Origin: Candidatus Poribacteria bacterium
Lineage (GTDB): Bacteria > Poribacteria > WGA-4E > WGA-3G
NCBI GenBank assembly: GCA_965198235.1
Contig: OZ240248.1
Span: 416,001 to 480,000, forward strand
Direction of reading: 5' to 3'
Length of the DNA stretch: 64,000 nt
Made by a program: the position numbers and the translations under genes. The notes under the pieces were generated by a model. It did no database searches, was not told the DNA's origin, and was given only the letters and a program-made list of their open reading frames with translations. Below are positions 9,540 to 20,338 of the stretch, piece after piece (position 1 is the stretch's first letter; each line of letters opens with the position of its first letter).

Positions 9540-10165
9540 TTCTATACTATACACATGCCGCCCCGCTGGGCTTTATCCGTTTGTTGAACTGCATGCCTAT
9601 ACACCTTTCGTCCCTCTGAGACTAAGACCTCGCAACTAAAAACCATCGCAAATCCGCGCAATCCGTGTAATCCGCGTAATCCGCGATTCAGACAACAATA
9701 TAAATGCCGCCCTTACAGGGCTTGGGTTCTCTTTTCACACACGCCGCCATAAACATATCGCCCTTACAGGGCTGGATAGCGATAATTGATGACCATTACG
9801 TAAAGATTGCCGTCTGTCAACCCTATAGAACCCATAATCCTGTAAATCCTGATTCTGACAATCATAGCAAAATTTCATAGCAACCTTCACAGCAACCTCT
9901 ATCAAAACCACCGAAAACCCAGTTGTGGCGTAGATTTAAAGCCTTCTCTAAAATTCAGCACTTTCCAGTTTTGCTATGAAAACTGTGAAATTTATATCGT
10001 CTCCTTTACATACCACCCACCGAGGATATCAAAAACCTCGTAACACAAAAATCCGCGTAATCCGCGTAATCCGCGACAATCCGTGATTCAGATGGAAATA
10101 TAAACATGTCGCCTCTAAGAGCTGACTACTGACGGTTTCCGACCGCTGATTGCTGACCGCTATTC
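9540..10165. repeat. Cluster of short dispersed repeats (AATCCGCGT 9-mers; TATAAACAT..CGCCCT..AGGGCT REP-like units; GCTGAC heptamers)
   Basis: Multiple degenerate copies; related units at 3350-3440 and 38720-38850. Confidence 0.7.
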
Positions 10166-10251
10166 CATATTTCTCTTGCGTTCCTGTCCTGTTTCTGGTA
10201 AAATTGCCAGCAAAGTCCACCGATAGGTGAAAACATAAAGGACGGAAACGT

Positions 10252-11505
10252 ATGGCACTTCCAAAAATGACACGGATTCAGCAGCGGTTTGAGGCACCCG
10301 TTCTCACTGACCTCCCCGCAGCGATTCACGCAGAACTGGAGCGAATTAACGCCTCTGTTATTATCAAACCCGGCGAGACTGTCGCTGTTACCGCTGGCAG
10401 TCGCGGGGTTGCGAATGTCGCGACTGCGGTCAAGGCGACTGTTGATTATCTTAAAACACTCGGTGCACATCCCTTTGTCGTTCCAGCAATGGGCAGCCAC
10501 GGTGGTGCAACCTCCGAAGGACAACGGAGTGTGCTGGAACATTACGGTATCACCGAAGAGACCGTCGGTGCACCCGTGAAAGCGACAATGGACGTAGTCG
10601 AACTCGGAAAGACAGCGGATGGCTTGCCCGTTTTTCTGGATCGGTATGCCGCTGAAGCGGACCACGTCGTGCCCCTCAATCGCATTAAGGCACACACAGA
10701 TTTCAACGGATCCATTGAGAGTGGCTTGATGAAGATGATGGTTATCGGGCTTGGCAAACAGCAGGGGGCGAACTTTTACCACCGCGCATTCTTCCAGTAC
10801 GGTTTTGAGCACGTTATCAGGGCTGTTGGTGGTTTCATCCTCGATAGCGGAAAAATCGCTTTCGGCATCGGGTTGATTGAGAACGCACACGAAGATACTG
10901 CGAAAGCGGTCGCTATGCCCGCTGCACAACTCCTTCAAACCGAACGTGAACTGCTCGTTGAGGCGAAATCGCTGATGGGGCGGCTCCCCTTTGATGAACT
11001 TGATCTGCTCATCGTGGATTGGACAGGCAAGAACATGAGCGGCACCGGCATGGATACGAACGTCATTGGTAGGATGATGCAGAACTTTGAGCCGGAACCC
11101 GCAAAACCTGCGATTCTCCGTATATTTGTCCGAGATCTCACCGAAGAGAGCGATGGCAATGCTACCGGTATCGGACTCGCCGATTTCACAACGACTCGCC
11201 TCGTGGATAAGATTGACCGGCACTCTACCTATATGAACGGCATCACCGCGCTTGGACCGCAGAAATCGAAAATTCCGTTCTACTACGACACTGATCGGGA
11301 GGCAATTGAAGTGGCACTTGACACCATCGGTCTCACCGAACCGGAGGATGCACGGGTTATCCGTATTGAGAGTACGCTGAGATTAACGGAACTCGACATC
11401 TCTGAGGTGCTGCTTGAAGATGCGAAACTGCATTCGAGGTTGGAGGTTATCGGCGAAACGAAACCGTTAGCGTTTGACGCAGCAGGCAACCTGTTACCGT
11501 TTTAA
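10252..11505 (+). CDS. LarA-superfamily (lactate racemase domain) protein
   Basis: TAGSRG, PAMGSHGGAT, NRIKAHT, KNMSGTGMDTNVIGR, GNATGIGLAD. Confidence 0.8.
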   Translation: MALPKMTRIQQRFEAPVLTDLPAAIHAELERINASVIIKPGETVAVTAGSRGVANVATAVKATVDYLKTLGAHPFVVPAMGSHGGATSEGQRSVLEHYGITEETVGAPVKATMDVVELGKTADGLPVFLDRYAAEADHVVPLNRIKAHTDFNGSIESGLMKMMVIGLGKQQGANFYHRAFFQYGFEHVIRAVGGFILDSGKIAFGIGLIENAHEDTAKAVAMPAAQLLQTERELLVEAKSLMGRLPFDELDLLIVDWTGKNMSGTGMDTNVIGRMMQNFEPEPAKPAILRIFVRDLTEESDGNATGIGLADFTTTRLVDKIDRHSTYMNGITALGPQKSKIPFYYDTDREAIEVALDTIGLTEPEDARVIRIESTLRLTELDISEVLLEDAKLHSRLEVIGETKPLAFDAAGNLLPF

Positions 11506-11746
11506 GTTTTTTAATTATGGAGCCTCTGGGCACCGCTCCATTACATTACGCGGTGGTTTCCGATTAAGTATAGACGTTCCGAGAGTTTGTACGTTCCCGC
11601 GATAAAACGCGCGCCTTTTGCCCCTACGTGGCATTCATTATCCTGTAAATCCTGATTCAAACATCACCGAAAACCTACTTCCGGCAACGGTTCCCTATAA
11701 TTCTGGCAGGAAAAATGAAAAAACCGACAGCAATTCCCCCGAAATT

Positions 11747-11832
11747 GTAGCCCGTAATGGAATGGAGGGCGACTCTTGAGCAAAAAGCATCAAAGTACAA
11801 ACCACGTCGTTTAACCGCAAGGTATAATTAAA
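11747..11832 (+). repeat. GTAGCCCGTAA...ACCGCAAGG dispersed element, copy 1, abutting a start codon
   Basis: Homologous to 12920-13052, 33393-33482 (-) and 60571-60659. Confidence 0.75.
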
Positions 11833-12684
11833 ATGCGGAAACTCAAGATTATCTTGGAGATGATTAAATTTGAACACACGATCTTCGCGCTTCCATTTGC
11901 GGTCGTGAGTACCTTTATTGCTGCAGATGGACTTCCTTCGCTGGCAAAGTTTGGCTGGATTCTCGTGGCGATGATAGGGGCACGCAGTTGCGCGATGGCG
12001 TTCAACCGGCTCGCTGATGCCGAATTTGATGCGAAGAACCCACGTACCGCCATGCGTGCAATCCCGGCGGGCTTGATTACGAAAGGTGCCGTGTGGGGTT
12101 TCACGATTGTTTCGGCGGGACTGCTGGTTTTTGCGGCGTGGCGACTGAATCCGCTTGCCTTCGTGCTGTCGCCGGTTGCACTTGTTGTCGTTATGGGATA
12201 TTCCTATACGAAACGTTTCACTGCGCTCTCGCATTTCTGGCTCGGACTTTCCCTCTCCATTTCACCTGTCGGCGCGTGGATTGCAATTCAGGGCAGTTTT
12301 GCGTTGCCACCGATAATTCTCTGCCTCGTGGTGCTGCTCTGGACAGCAGGATTTGACATTATCTATGCGTGTCAAGATGTTAATTTTGACAGGAAGCATG
12401 GACTGCGCTCAATTCCGGCAAAAATCGGGATCCGGTGGTCGTTATGGCTGTCGTCTGCCCTGCACATTATTGCCGTATTGCTGCTTCTTGGCATTCCGTT
12501 TCTTGTCGAGTTAGGACTTTTCTATTACATCGGTGTCGGGATTGTCGTGCTAATCTTTATCTATGAGCACGCCATCGTTAAACCGACGGATCTGTCCCGT
12601 GTCAACCTCGCTTTTTTCACACTGAACGGTATGATTAGCCTGGTCCTGATGGCACTTTCAATTGCCGATATTTTGTTCTTTTAA
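11833..12684 (+). CDS. UbiA-family polyprenyltransferase (MqnP/4-HB polyprenyltransferase-like)
   Basis: IKFEHTIFALPF, NRLADAEFDAKNPRT, GFDIIYACQD; multiple TM helices. Confidence 0.9.
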   Translation: MRKLKIILEMIKFEHTIFALPFAVVSTFIAADGLPSLAKFGWILVAMIGARSCAMAFNRLADAEFDAKNPRTAMRAIPAGLITKGAVWGFTIVSAGLLVFAAWRLNPLAFVLSPVALVVVMGYSYTKRFTALSHFWLGLSLSISPVGAWIAIQGSFALPPIILCLVVLLWTAGFDIIYACQDVNFDRKHGLRSIPAKIGIRWSLWLSSALHIIAVLLLLGIPFLVELGLFYYIGVGIVVLIFIYEHAIVKPTDLSRVNLAFFTLNGMISLVLMALSIADILFF

Positions 12685-12701
12685 CGATTAAATCTGGGCG
12701 A

Positions 12702-12726
12702 GAGAAAGCCACGCGTGGGCTTTCTA
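12702..12726 (+). terminator. Hairpin after the UbiA gene
   Basis: AGAAAGCC...GGCTTTCT stem; U-tract weak. Confidence 0.45.
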
Positions 12727-12919
12727 AAGACCGTCCGTTGTCCGCAACAATCTAAAATTGGTTAAAGCACCTATTTGAGGTTATGAATGGCTTTTTAACG
12801 ATTCAGTATCTCCAAGGACATAGCGGTTCAGAAGCAGCAGTTAAAAATTGTTAAAAAACGCTATAATACCGATCCAGTGTCCATTTACCGAAAACCTTGT
12901 TAAGGTATAATCAAAAAAC

Positions 12920-13052
12920 GTAGCCCGTAACGAAGTGGAGGGGTGTTTTTGCTTGGGTATTTCTGCGTATTGCTTGGGTGTTTCTTCAGATATACGGAAA
13001 GGCACTTCAATTTCCAAACCCCACTTACCGAACCGCAAGGTAAAATTAAAAT
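12920..13052 (+). repeat. GTAGCCCGTAA element, copy 2, with nested GT-rich tract
   Basis: Ends CCGAACCGCAAGGTAAAATTAAAAT directly before ATG 13053. Confidence 0.75.
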
Positions 13053-13874
13053 ATGAAAATTTCACTTTCCGTACGCGTCGCAGAAACAGCATCGAAAAGA
13101 GACGCTACGCATAGCTTCAAACAACTGACTGAACTGGCGGCAGGACTCGGCTACGAGGCGGTCTGTATGCGTGCCTCCCAAGTCGGTATCCACTCGCCTT
13201 TGGAGCAAATCACCGCCGCGCGCAAACAGGCGGGGTCGCTCAACCTGAAGGTCTCGATGATCACCGGTGATTTTCCGGTTCCCCTCAACAACGAGCAGGG
13301 ACCCGATGGACTCCGCAATATAACCCCTTATCTGGATCTAACGGAAATCCTTGGCGCGGATCTCATCCGCATTGCGATGAAGGTTGAGGCAGACATTCCG
13401 TGGGCACAACGTGCCTCCGATGAAGCCGCCGAACGTGGTATCCGTCTCGCGCATCAATCGCATACGCAGAGTTTGTTTGAAACGGTAGAGGGATCGGTTG
13501 ATGTGTTGAAGCGGGTTGGTAGAAAAAATTTCGGAATTATCTATGAACCTGCCAACCTCGACTTGTGTGCTCAAGATTACGGTGTTGAGACGCTTAAACG
13601 GTTTTCGCCGTATCTCCTCAACGTCTATCTTCAGAATCACATTCGCCGACCAGAGGGAAAGACGCGGCTCCTGACGTGGATTCAGGGTGAAGTTCCGCAC
13701 GATCCGATCCGTTTGCAAGACGAAGGTGGCATTGATTTTCCGCTGGTGTTTCGCGGGTTGGAGGCGATCGATTACAATGGGTATGTGACGGTGCATCAGG
13801 CGTTCCGAGAAATCATGGAGCCTGAAGACGCAGCCGAGCAGAGTTACACTTATCTAAAACCGTTTTGTAGATAG
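13053..13874 (+). CDS. Sugar phosphate isomerase/epimerase (xylose isomerase-like TIM barrel)
   Basis: A.LGYEAV, N.GIIYEPANL, GGIDFPLVFRGL...YNGYVTV. Confidence 0.8.
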   Translation: MKISLSVRVAETASKRDATHSFKQLTELAAGLGYEAVCMRASQVGIHSPLEQITAARKQAGSLNLKVSMITGDFPVPLNNEQGPDGLRNITPYLDLTEILGADLIRIAMKVEADIPWAQRASDEAAERGIRLAHQSHTQSLFETVEGSVDVLKRVGRKNFGIIYEPANLDLCAQDYGVETLKRFSPYLLNVYLQNHIRRPEGKTRLLTWIQGEVPHDPIRLQDEGGIDFPLVFRGLEAIDYNGYVTVHQAFREIMEPEDAAEQSYTYLKPFCR

Positions 13875-13897
13875 GGAGAGGTAGCGTCTTTAGCACT

Positions 13898-15412
13898 ATG
13901 AACGCACAGCAACCGAATATCCTGATTATTACGACCGATCAGCAGCGGACAGATAGTTTGAGCTGCTATGGATCAACGTTTACAGGGACACCACATCTGG
14001 ACAAGTTCGCATCTGAGGGTGTCTGTTTTGAACGGACATACTGTGCGAATCCAGTCTGTACGCCTGCCCGTGCCTCGATTTTTTCGGGGCGATATGTGAG
14101 TCGTCACGGCGCGTGGAATGTTGGCATGAACGTCCCTGAAGACGAACCGATGCTGTCACACCGGCTTGCCGAGGTCGGCTATCGCACTCACTATATCGGC
14201 AAGGCACACTTCCAACCTTTCGGCGCATCCGCAGCACAATCAATCGAAACTTTCAGTGATACGACACGCTACCCGGATTTCCGGGGTCCCTACTACGGAT
14301 TTGAGACGGTGGAACTGGCACTCGGTCATGCGACTTATGGTGTCGCGGGACATTACGGTGAGTGGGTGCGTTCGTGTGTTTCTGAGGAAACGTTCGCGAG
14401 TTACAGCAAAGCGACACGCCTGAGTGAAGGGGGTTTCGGTGGCGAGGCGTACGATTGGGATATACCCCTGAAATACCATAATAGCGTCTGGACAGCGGAT
14501 CGGACAATAGATTTCCTATCAAACCGAGATGCGTCTCAGCCGTTCCTATTGGCGGTCGGTTTCCAAGATCCGCATCATCCGCACTGTGTACCAACTGAAT
14601 TTGAGGCACGCGTTGATCCCGCGCAAGTCCCGCTGCCAGACTTTGTCGAAGGCGAATTGGACGATAAACCCCCGCACTTTTTAGAGGCGCGATGCGGGCA
14701 ACTTGAAAGGTCGGAGATCCGTGGAACGTTTGCTATCGCGGGACAGGGCGGCGGTGCGGATTATCGCAAAGTTTCCGAAGCCGATGCCCGACTCGGTAGA
14801 GCGTACTACTACAATATGGTGAAGATTATAGATCAACAGATGGGTCGCATTCTGGAGTGTTTGGACACATACGGATTGGCAGAGAACACGTTAGTGCTTT
14901 TCACAACCGATCACGGTGAACTTCTTGGCGATCATGGTCTCTGGATGAAGGGACCGTTCCATTACGAGCAGCTCGTCCGCGTGCCAACGTTGCTGCGATT
15001 TCCCGCAATGATTCCTGCTGGGCAGCGTACACAGGCACTGTTTAGCCATGTCGATATTGTTCCTACGGTTCTTTCCGCAATCGGTTTGCCGATCCCATCG
15101 GATACTGATGGTGTAGACGCTACACCGATGCTCACAGGTGAGACAGCATCCATCCGCGATTCGGTGTTAGTTGAGTGTGTGGACGATCCGAGCGGTTTGC
15201 GACTCAAGACAATCGTAACCGATACACGGAAGTTGACATGGTATTGTGGGCATGCTTATGGTGAACTCTACGATTTGGAGAAGGATCCGGGTGAGCGGGT
15301 CAATCAGTGGGAGAATGCCACCTACGCTGCAGATAGGATGTATCTTATGAGCCGTATTCTTGAGACGATGGAGCCTTTGGAGAGAAGGGTTGATCGGTTA
15401 TCGTATGCGTAG
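13898..15412 (+). CDS. Sulfatase
   Basis: PNILIITTDQQR, CTPAR formylglycine motif, GKAH, TDHGE, ELYDL. Confidence 0.92.
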   Translation: MNAQQPNILIITTDQQRTDSLSCYGSTFTGTPHLDKFASEGVCFERTYCANPVCTPARASIFSGRYVSRHGAWNVGMNVPEDEPMLSHRLAEVGYRTHYIGKAHFQPFGASAAQSIETFSDTTRYPDFRGPYYGFETVELALGHATYGVAGHYGEWVRSCVSEETFASYSKATRLSEGGFGGEAYDWDIPLKYHNSVWTADRTIDFLSNRDASQPFLLAVGFQDPHHPHCVPTEFEARVDPAQVPLPDFVEGELDDKPPHFLEARCGQLERSEIRGTFAIAGQGGGADYRKVSEADARLGRAYYYNMVKIIDQQMGRILECLDTYGLAENTLVLFTTDHGELLGDHGLWMKGPFHYEQLVRVPTLLRFPAMIPAGQRTQALFSHVDIVPTVLSAIGLPIPSDTDGVDATPMLTGETASIRDSVLVECVDDPSGLRLKTIVTDTRKLTWYCGHAYGELYDLEKDPGERVNQWENATYAADRMYLMSRILETMEPLERRVDRLSYA

Positions 15413-15752
15413 AGCGAGGCTGCTAAGTTGTCAGAGAATAAGAGTCGGGAATCGGAGTGTTTTTGCTTGGGGTGTTTTTGCTTGGGTATTTCTGCGTATT
15501 GCTTGGGGGTTTCTGCGGATTTCCCCCCTCCTACCGGTAGCGATTCGGAGGTCAATCCTACAGCGGAGAGCCTGTCAGCGGGAGATCGAAATTAAGGGAG
15601 AACTGAATGGATCTGATGTATCTGTTTTTAGACTTGCATTTAAAAAAAGGATTGGGTATTATTTAGGCAGAAGAAATTGATTGTGTCCAGCCTCGTTTCG
15701 ATTACATTATCTCCTACGCGAAAGAAGTGGGAAAAACATTGGGGGCATCCAG

Positions 15753-16565
15753 ATGGAGCCTACGCTATCCATTGTGATTCCGATTTACAATGAGGTTGCA
15801 AGCCTAAAGGAGCTTCTGCAACAGGTCGCCAGCGTTGAAATCGGTATGAAAAAAGAGTTGATTCTCGTTGATGATTTTTCAACAGATGGCACACGCGATA
15901 TTTTAAAGGAAATTGAAGCCATTCAAGAAAATTCAGGCGAGATGCGCAAGTACATCTCAACACCCCAGATGCCTCCAAATGAAAACGTTGCTTCTGATAG
16001 CGGTGTTCCGAAATCCGGAAGTTCCGCAGAATATACCTCTGAGATCTCCGCAAAAGTCTTTTATCACGATGTGAATAAGGGAAAAGGGGCAACACTTCGT
16101 ACTGGATTCCAGCACATCACTGGTGAAATTACCCTCATTCAAGATGCTGACTTGGAGTATGATCCAAAAGATTATCCTAAATTGCTTCAGCCTATCCTAA
16201 CTGGGGAAGCCGATGTTGTATACGGCTCTCGGTTTATGGAGGGGAGACAAATGGGGTTGTTGCGGAGTTACCTCGCAAATCAATTTCTGACGACCCTCGC
16301 AAACATCGTCAATGGCACAAGACTTACCGATATGGAGACCTGCTATAAGGTGGTCCGGACATCGATTCTAAAGGAGATTTCGCTTTACTCCGATAGGTTC
16401 GGTTTTGAGCCTGAAATTACGGCAAAACTTGCCAGGCGAAAGTGCAAAATCGTTGAGGTGCCTATCTCCTATCGCGGCAGAGACTATCATGAAGGGAAAA
16501 CGGTTAGTTGGAAGGATGGTGTCGCCGCAATTTTTCACATTCTCCGCTTCCGATTCTTTTCTTAA
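15753..16565 (+). CDS. Glycosyltransferase family 2 (DPM1-like)
   Basis: LSIVIPIYNE, VDDFSTDGT, QDADLEY, DMETCYK. Confidence 0.9.
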   Translation: MEPTLSIVIPIYNEVASLKELLQQVASVEIGMKKELILVDDFSTDGTRDILKEIEAIQENSGEMRKYISTPQMPPNENVASDSGVPKSGSSAEYTSEISAKVFYHDVNKGKGATLRTGFQHITGEITLIQDADLEYDPKDYPKLLQPILTGEADVVYGSRFMEGRQMGLLRSYLANQFLTTLANIVNGTRLTDMETCYKVVRTSILKEISLYSDRFGFEPEITAKLARRKCKIVEVPISYRGRDYHEGKTVSWKDGVAAIFHILRFRFFS

Positions 16566-16590
16566 AGGACGAAACGCACGGCGTAAAAAT

Positions 16591-18423
16591 ATGCCTAATT
16601 TGCAAGACTTGCTTAAAGAGGTAGATGCCATCCTCGATTCGGCTGATGTGTCAGAGCCGACACATGATTGCGAAACGCCGACGGATCCCCTTCTGGAGGC
16701 ACTTGATACTTCCTTCGGTTACACTTCCTTCCGTAAAGGGCAACGCGAGATTGTCAAGGCGATCTTAGATGGTGAAAACGTATTTGCTGTGTTCCCAACG
16801 GGACACGGAAAGTCGTTGTGTTATCAACTTCCCGCACTAATGCTCGACGGCGTAACGATCGTGATCTCGCCCCTCATTTCATTGATGAAGGACCAGGTTG
16901 ATACCTTGCGAGAACAAGGGATTAATTCGGTTGCGCTCATAAACAGCACACAGACATGGGAAGAATACCAGAATGAATTGGCACGCCTGAGACGCAACGA
17001 AATAAAACTGCTCTATATCTCACCAGAACGCCTTCGGAGCCGACGGTTTTTGGACATCTTGAATGCGTTTCCTATCTCGCTATTCGTCATTGATGAGGCA
17101 CACTGTATCTCGCAATGGGGACGCGATTTCCGTCCTGCCTATCTGTCGCTCAAAGACACGGTTGATGTACTCCAACCGCGCGTTATCGCACTTTTCACCG
17201 CAACAGCACCCCCAGAGATTCAAGAAGATATCCTCAATGTGCTGAACATACCAACACCTCGTATTCTCACGCAAGGGATCGAGCGCCCTAATTTGAAATT
17301 AGTCGTCCAACAGAATGAAGATGACGATGAAAAGTATCAACAACTTGAAAAGTTTCTCACCGATCAGGATCCAAATCTTTTACCAGTTCGTCTGGGAAAT
17401 CTGAAGACTTCACCGAAAAACGGGATCATCTATGCGGGACGGCGGCGAGAGACCGAAGATATCGCGGACTTTCTTCAAAGACGCGGGTTCCGAGCAGATT
17501 TCTATCACGCTGGGCTTGAACCTCATGAACGCACGCGCGTGCAAGAAGCCTTTTTCGACAACAGTGAAAACGGATTAGATATTGTTGTTGCCACGAATGC
17601 CTTCGGTATGGGTATTGACAAACCGGATATCCGATATATCGTGCATTGGACGCTTACTGGCACCCTCGAAGAGTACTGTCAAGAAGTCGGTAGGGCGGGT
17701 AGAGATGATGAGGATGCGCTATGTATCCTGCTGTTTTGTAACGATGACCGCGGGTTACACGAGTGGTTTATCAAAGAAAATGCCCCGGATAAGCAGTCTT
17801 TGCTTAAACTCTTAAAGGTCGTTGAAAATTTCAAAGGGAGCGACAGGTACCGCACAATTTCTAACGATGAGTTGGAATGGATGAGCGGTGCTAAAGGAAC
17901 AAAAGTCCACGTCTGCCTCAGTTATCTCGAAAAACTCGGATTTTTGAAGCGGTGGTATAACGTGCCGTCGCAGCTTTCTGTGAGATTTCGCGGATCTTGG
18001 GTTGAAAAAGTAGAACCAGCGGAGGCAACCCAGCGTGAATTACTTCGCCAATTGCGGGGTGGAAGATTAAAAACGATTTTAGAACTCTGTGAAGCCGTTG
18101 AACAAAACCCAAAGGTGATAATGGAAGACCTCGCCGAGTTGCAAAGCGATGGTTATATTCAGTATTGGGGACAGGAAGACTTGCTCCTCATTGAACTGCT
18201 TGAGGACAGTCAAATGCTCAGCACACTGACGGATGAGCAAATTGAGGTAGGCGACTATGTCCGCCGAAAACAGAGCCAGATTGATCAGATGGTTGTTTAT
18301 GCGTTAGAGACTACTTGCCGAATGCGCGTGATTCGAGACTATTTTGGTGAACTTGTTGATGAAAGTTACCGGTGCGGGACCTGCGATTTGTGTCAAACAC
18401 AAGCCATCAGAGTCGTCAGTTAA
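16591..18423 (+). CDS. recQ: RecQ-family ATP-dependent DNA helicase
   Basis: PTGHGKSLCYQ, DEAHC, ATNAFGMGIDKPD, QEVGRAGRD, C-terminal Zn site CR...CGTCDLC. Confidence 0.9.
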   Translation: MPNLQDLLKEVDAILDSADVSEPTHDCETPTDPLLEALDTSFGYTSFRKGQREIVKAILDGENVFAVFPTGHGKSLCYQLPALMLDGVTIVISPLISLMKDQVDTLREQGINSVALINSTQTWEEYQNELARLRRNEIKLLYISPERLRSRRFLDILNAFPISLFVIDEAHCISQWGRDFRPAYLSLKDTVDVLQPRVIALFTATAPPEIQEDILNVLNIPTPRILTQGIERPNLKLVVQQNEDDDEKYQQLEKFLTDQDPNLLPVRLGNLKTSPKNGIIYAGRRRETEDIADFLQRRGFRADFYHAGLEPHERTRVQEAFFDNSENGLDIVVATNAFGMGIDKPDIRYIVHWTLTGTLEEYCQEVGRAGRDDEDALCILLFCNDDRGLHEWFIKENAPDKQSLLKLLKVVENFKGSDRYRTISNDELEWMSGAKGTKVHVCLSYLEKLGFLKRWYNVPSQLSVRFRGSWVEKVEPAEATQRELLRQLRGGRLKTILELCEAVEQNPKVIMEDLAELQSDGYIQYWGQEDLLLIELLEDSQMLSTLTDEQIEVGDYVRRKQSQIDQMVVYALETTCRMRVIRDYFGELVDESYRCGTCDLCQTQAIRVVS

Positions 18424-18515
18424 CAGTTGTCAGTGGTCAGTTAAAGAGGTTGCTTGTGGCGGATATGGGAAACGTAACTGCCACAAGAGGTTAACTGTTA
18501 ACTGACCACTACTAA
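18415..18515. terminator. Long inverted repeat between convergent recQ and ABC permease genes
   Basis: AGTGGTCAGTTAA/TTAACTGACCACT and CTTGTGGC/GCCACAAG arms. Confidence 0.55.
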
Positions 18516-18520
18516 GTCAT

Positions 18521-19786
18521 TTAATTTTCGGTGCGGATCGCTTCAATAGGGGAAAGCTGAGCGGCGAGCATCGCGGGATAGACCCCAAAAGTGATGCCCA
18601 TGAAAATTGAGAAGATAACGGAAGTCAATATCCACGGTAAAGAGAGGACAACGGGCCATTCTGGCACAACCTGCGCAATGCGGACGGCAAGCTGCGCCAT
18701 ACCGTGTGCTGTTCCCCAGCCTCCTGCAATGCCGAGCACCGCACCACACAGACAGAGACAGATCGATTCCGTTAAGAATTGCCAGAAAATGTGAATCCGT
18801 TTCGCCCCAACTGATTTCCGTAAACCGATCTCCCGTGTTTTCTCACCGACGGAGACGAGACATATATTCATGATGCCGATGCCGCTGACAAAGAGTGAGA
18901 ATCCGGCAATACTCCCCAAAGTAATTTTTATGACTTTTTCAATGTGGTCAAGGCGTCTTGCTGTCCGTTTTGCTATCCAAAGTCCGATAAAGTCATCTTT
19001 CCCGCGGTGTCTTTTACGTAGAATGTGCTTGACCGAATCAACGATGCTGTCAATATCCTCACCTTTTTTAAAAAAGACGACCATATCTTCAAGATAACGG
19101 GTGCCTGTAATCCGTTGCTGGTATGTTGTTAAGGGCACACAAATGGCATCATCTAAAGAATACCAGATGCTGAGGCTGCGGCCCTTTGTTTTCATTACAC
19201 CCACGACCCGTAGCCTTACCGTCGCTCCGCGCCAATGATACCGAATTTTTACCTCTTGTCCAATTGGGGATTCTTCTCCAAACAGTTCAGTAGTGGTCGT
19301 GGCACCCAAGACACACACCTGCTTTGCGTTTTCGATATCGCCCTCTGAGAGGAATCTGCCGGCCTGTAGCTCCCATCTCATGCCATGTGCGTAGTCGGCG
19401 GTAACACCTTCTAAAAGCGGTCTGGCTTGGTTCCCGTTTCGGCTGGTAACGAAGGTTGTGTAGCCTTCATGTTTAGGCAGGACATATAGAACATTGGGGC
19501 ATTCTGCCTCAATCGCAAGAGCGTCCTCAAGGGTATATCGCTCGGTGGTGCGCCGAACAAGCCGTCGGCGTTTCCAAATAGAGGTCCGTGTCCAGAATTG
19601 GACTTGGTTTGCGCCGCCGAGTGTCTCGATGTCTTGGACGATAAGAAGTTTTGCACCATCGCCGATTGCGATCATGCACAGAACACTGGCAATCCCGATG
19701 AAGATACCGAGAATGGACAAACCGGCGCGGAGTTTATTTTGGGCGAGGTGTGTAATACCTGTGGTGATAGCGTCACGAAATTTCAT
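18521..19786 (-). CDS. MacB/FtsX-like ABC transporter permease
   Basis: LSILGIFIGIASV, GIGIMNI..VSV.EKTREIGLRKSVGA, GVYPA..AA.LSPIEAIR. Confidence 0.92.
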   Translation of the reverse strand: MKFRDAITTGITHLAQNKLRAGLSILGIFIGIASVLCMIAIGDGAKLLIVQDIETLGGANQVQFWTRTSIWKRRRLVRRTTERYTLEDALAIEAECPNVLYVLPKHEGYTTFVTSRNGNQARPLLEGVTADYAHGMRWELQAGRFLSEGDIENAKQVCVLGATTTTELFGEESPIGQEVKIRYHWRGATVRLRVVGVMKTKGRSLSIWYSLDDAICVPLTTYQQRITGTRYLEDMVVFFKKGEDIDSIVDSVKHILRKRHRGKDDFIGLWIAKRTARRLDHIEKVIKITLGSIAGFSLFVSGIGIMNICLVSVGEKTREIGLRKSVGAKRIHIFWQFLTESICLCLCGAVLGIAGGWGTAHGMAQLAVRIAQVVPEWPVVLSLPWILTSVIFSIFMGITFGVYPAMLAAQLSPIEAIRTEN

Positions 19787-20338
19787 TTTTTTCTAAACAG
19801 GGCGTGCGTCATGTCCTACCCGGTTTCTTGAAAAGGTTGGACAACCACACGCACTGGGAACCTCTGTATGGTAGAATCGCTATTTTTTAAGTAAATTTTG
19901 GCTTACAAGTTCTGCGAAGGAACGCCGTGAAAGACAAGGTTGTGTTAATTAGGAGAGCGGATCTCTATAAAAACTTCTACTTATACGGACATTTGGATGT
20001 ACTTTCAACGGGTTCAACGAGCTTCACTCAAGTGCTGATTTAAAGAATCGCAAGTGTTTAAACCTCGTTTTTACTTGAAAATTCATCAAAGTTTTTTTAA
20101 CTATTGGGTTTTGCGCCGATAGGTCTTACAGCCCAATCGGGTTTCCTGTATGTTTTTAGCAGTATCGGGTGTGGTTATAGGATACCTCAACCAGCAGTGT
20201 CTGTTCGGCAAATGTCTAATATATTTTTAGGCGTTGCTATCGTTATAAAGAGGCGGATTTTCGGCAAAAAGGCTTAAAAAAGATAAAAATTAGCTTTCTG
20301 GAGTATATGAAACGGGAGGAAATGGATGAAAGGCGAGT

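Noticed and set aside
9540-10165. Possible CRISPR array in the repeat-rich gap
   Set aside because: Repeats are degenerate, irregularly spaced and of mixed families; no cas genes in the window
10126-11223. 365-aa minus-strand ORF
   Set aside because: Antisense shadow of the LarA-like gene with no recognisable motifs; the same applies to the many short ORFs overlapping secA, purA, hslU and the WD40 genes
15360-15680. 106-aa ORF after the sulfatase (and similar ORFs at 12841 and 39007)
   Set aside because: Composed of translated repeat tracts (VFAWVFL / ETPKQK)
15915-16050. About 40-aa low-complexity insert in the GT2
   Set aside because: No match to the window's repeat families; probably an ordinary variable loop
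19790-20338. Riboswitch or sRNA in the 550-bp gap between larC and the permease
   Set aside because: No recognisable aptamer consensus or convincing stem set; an Rfam scan would be needed
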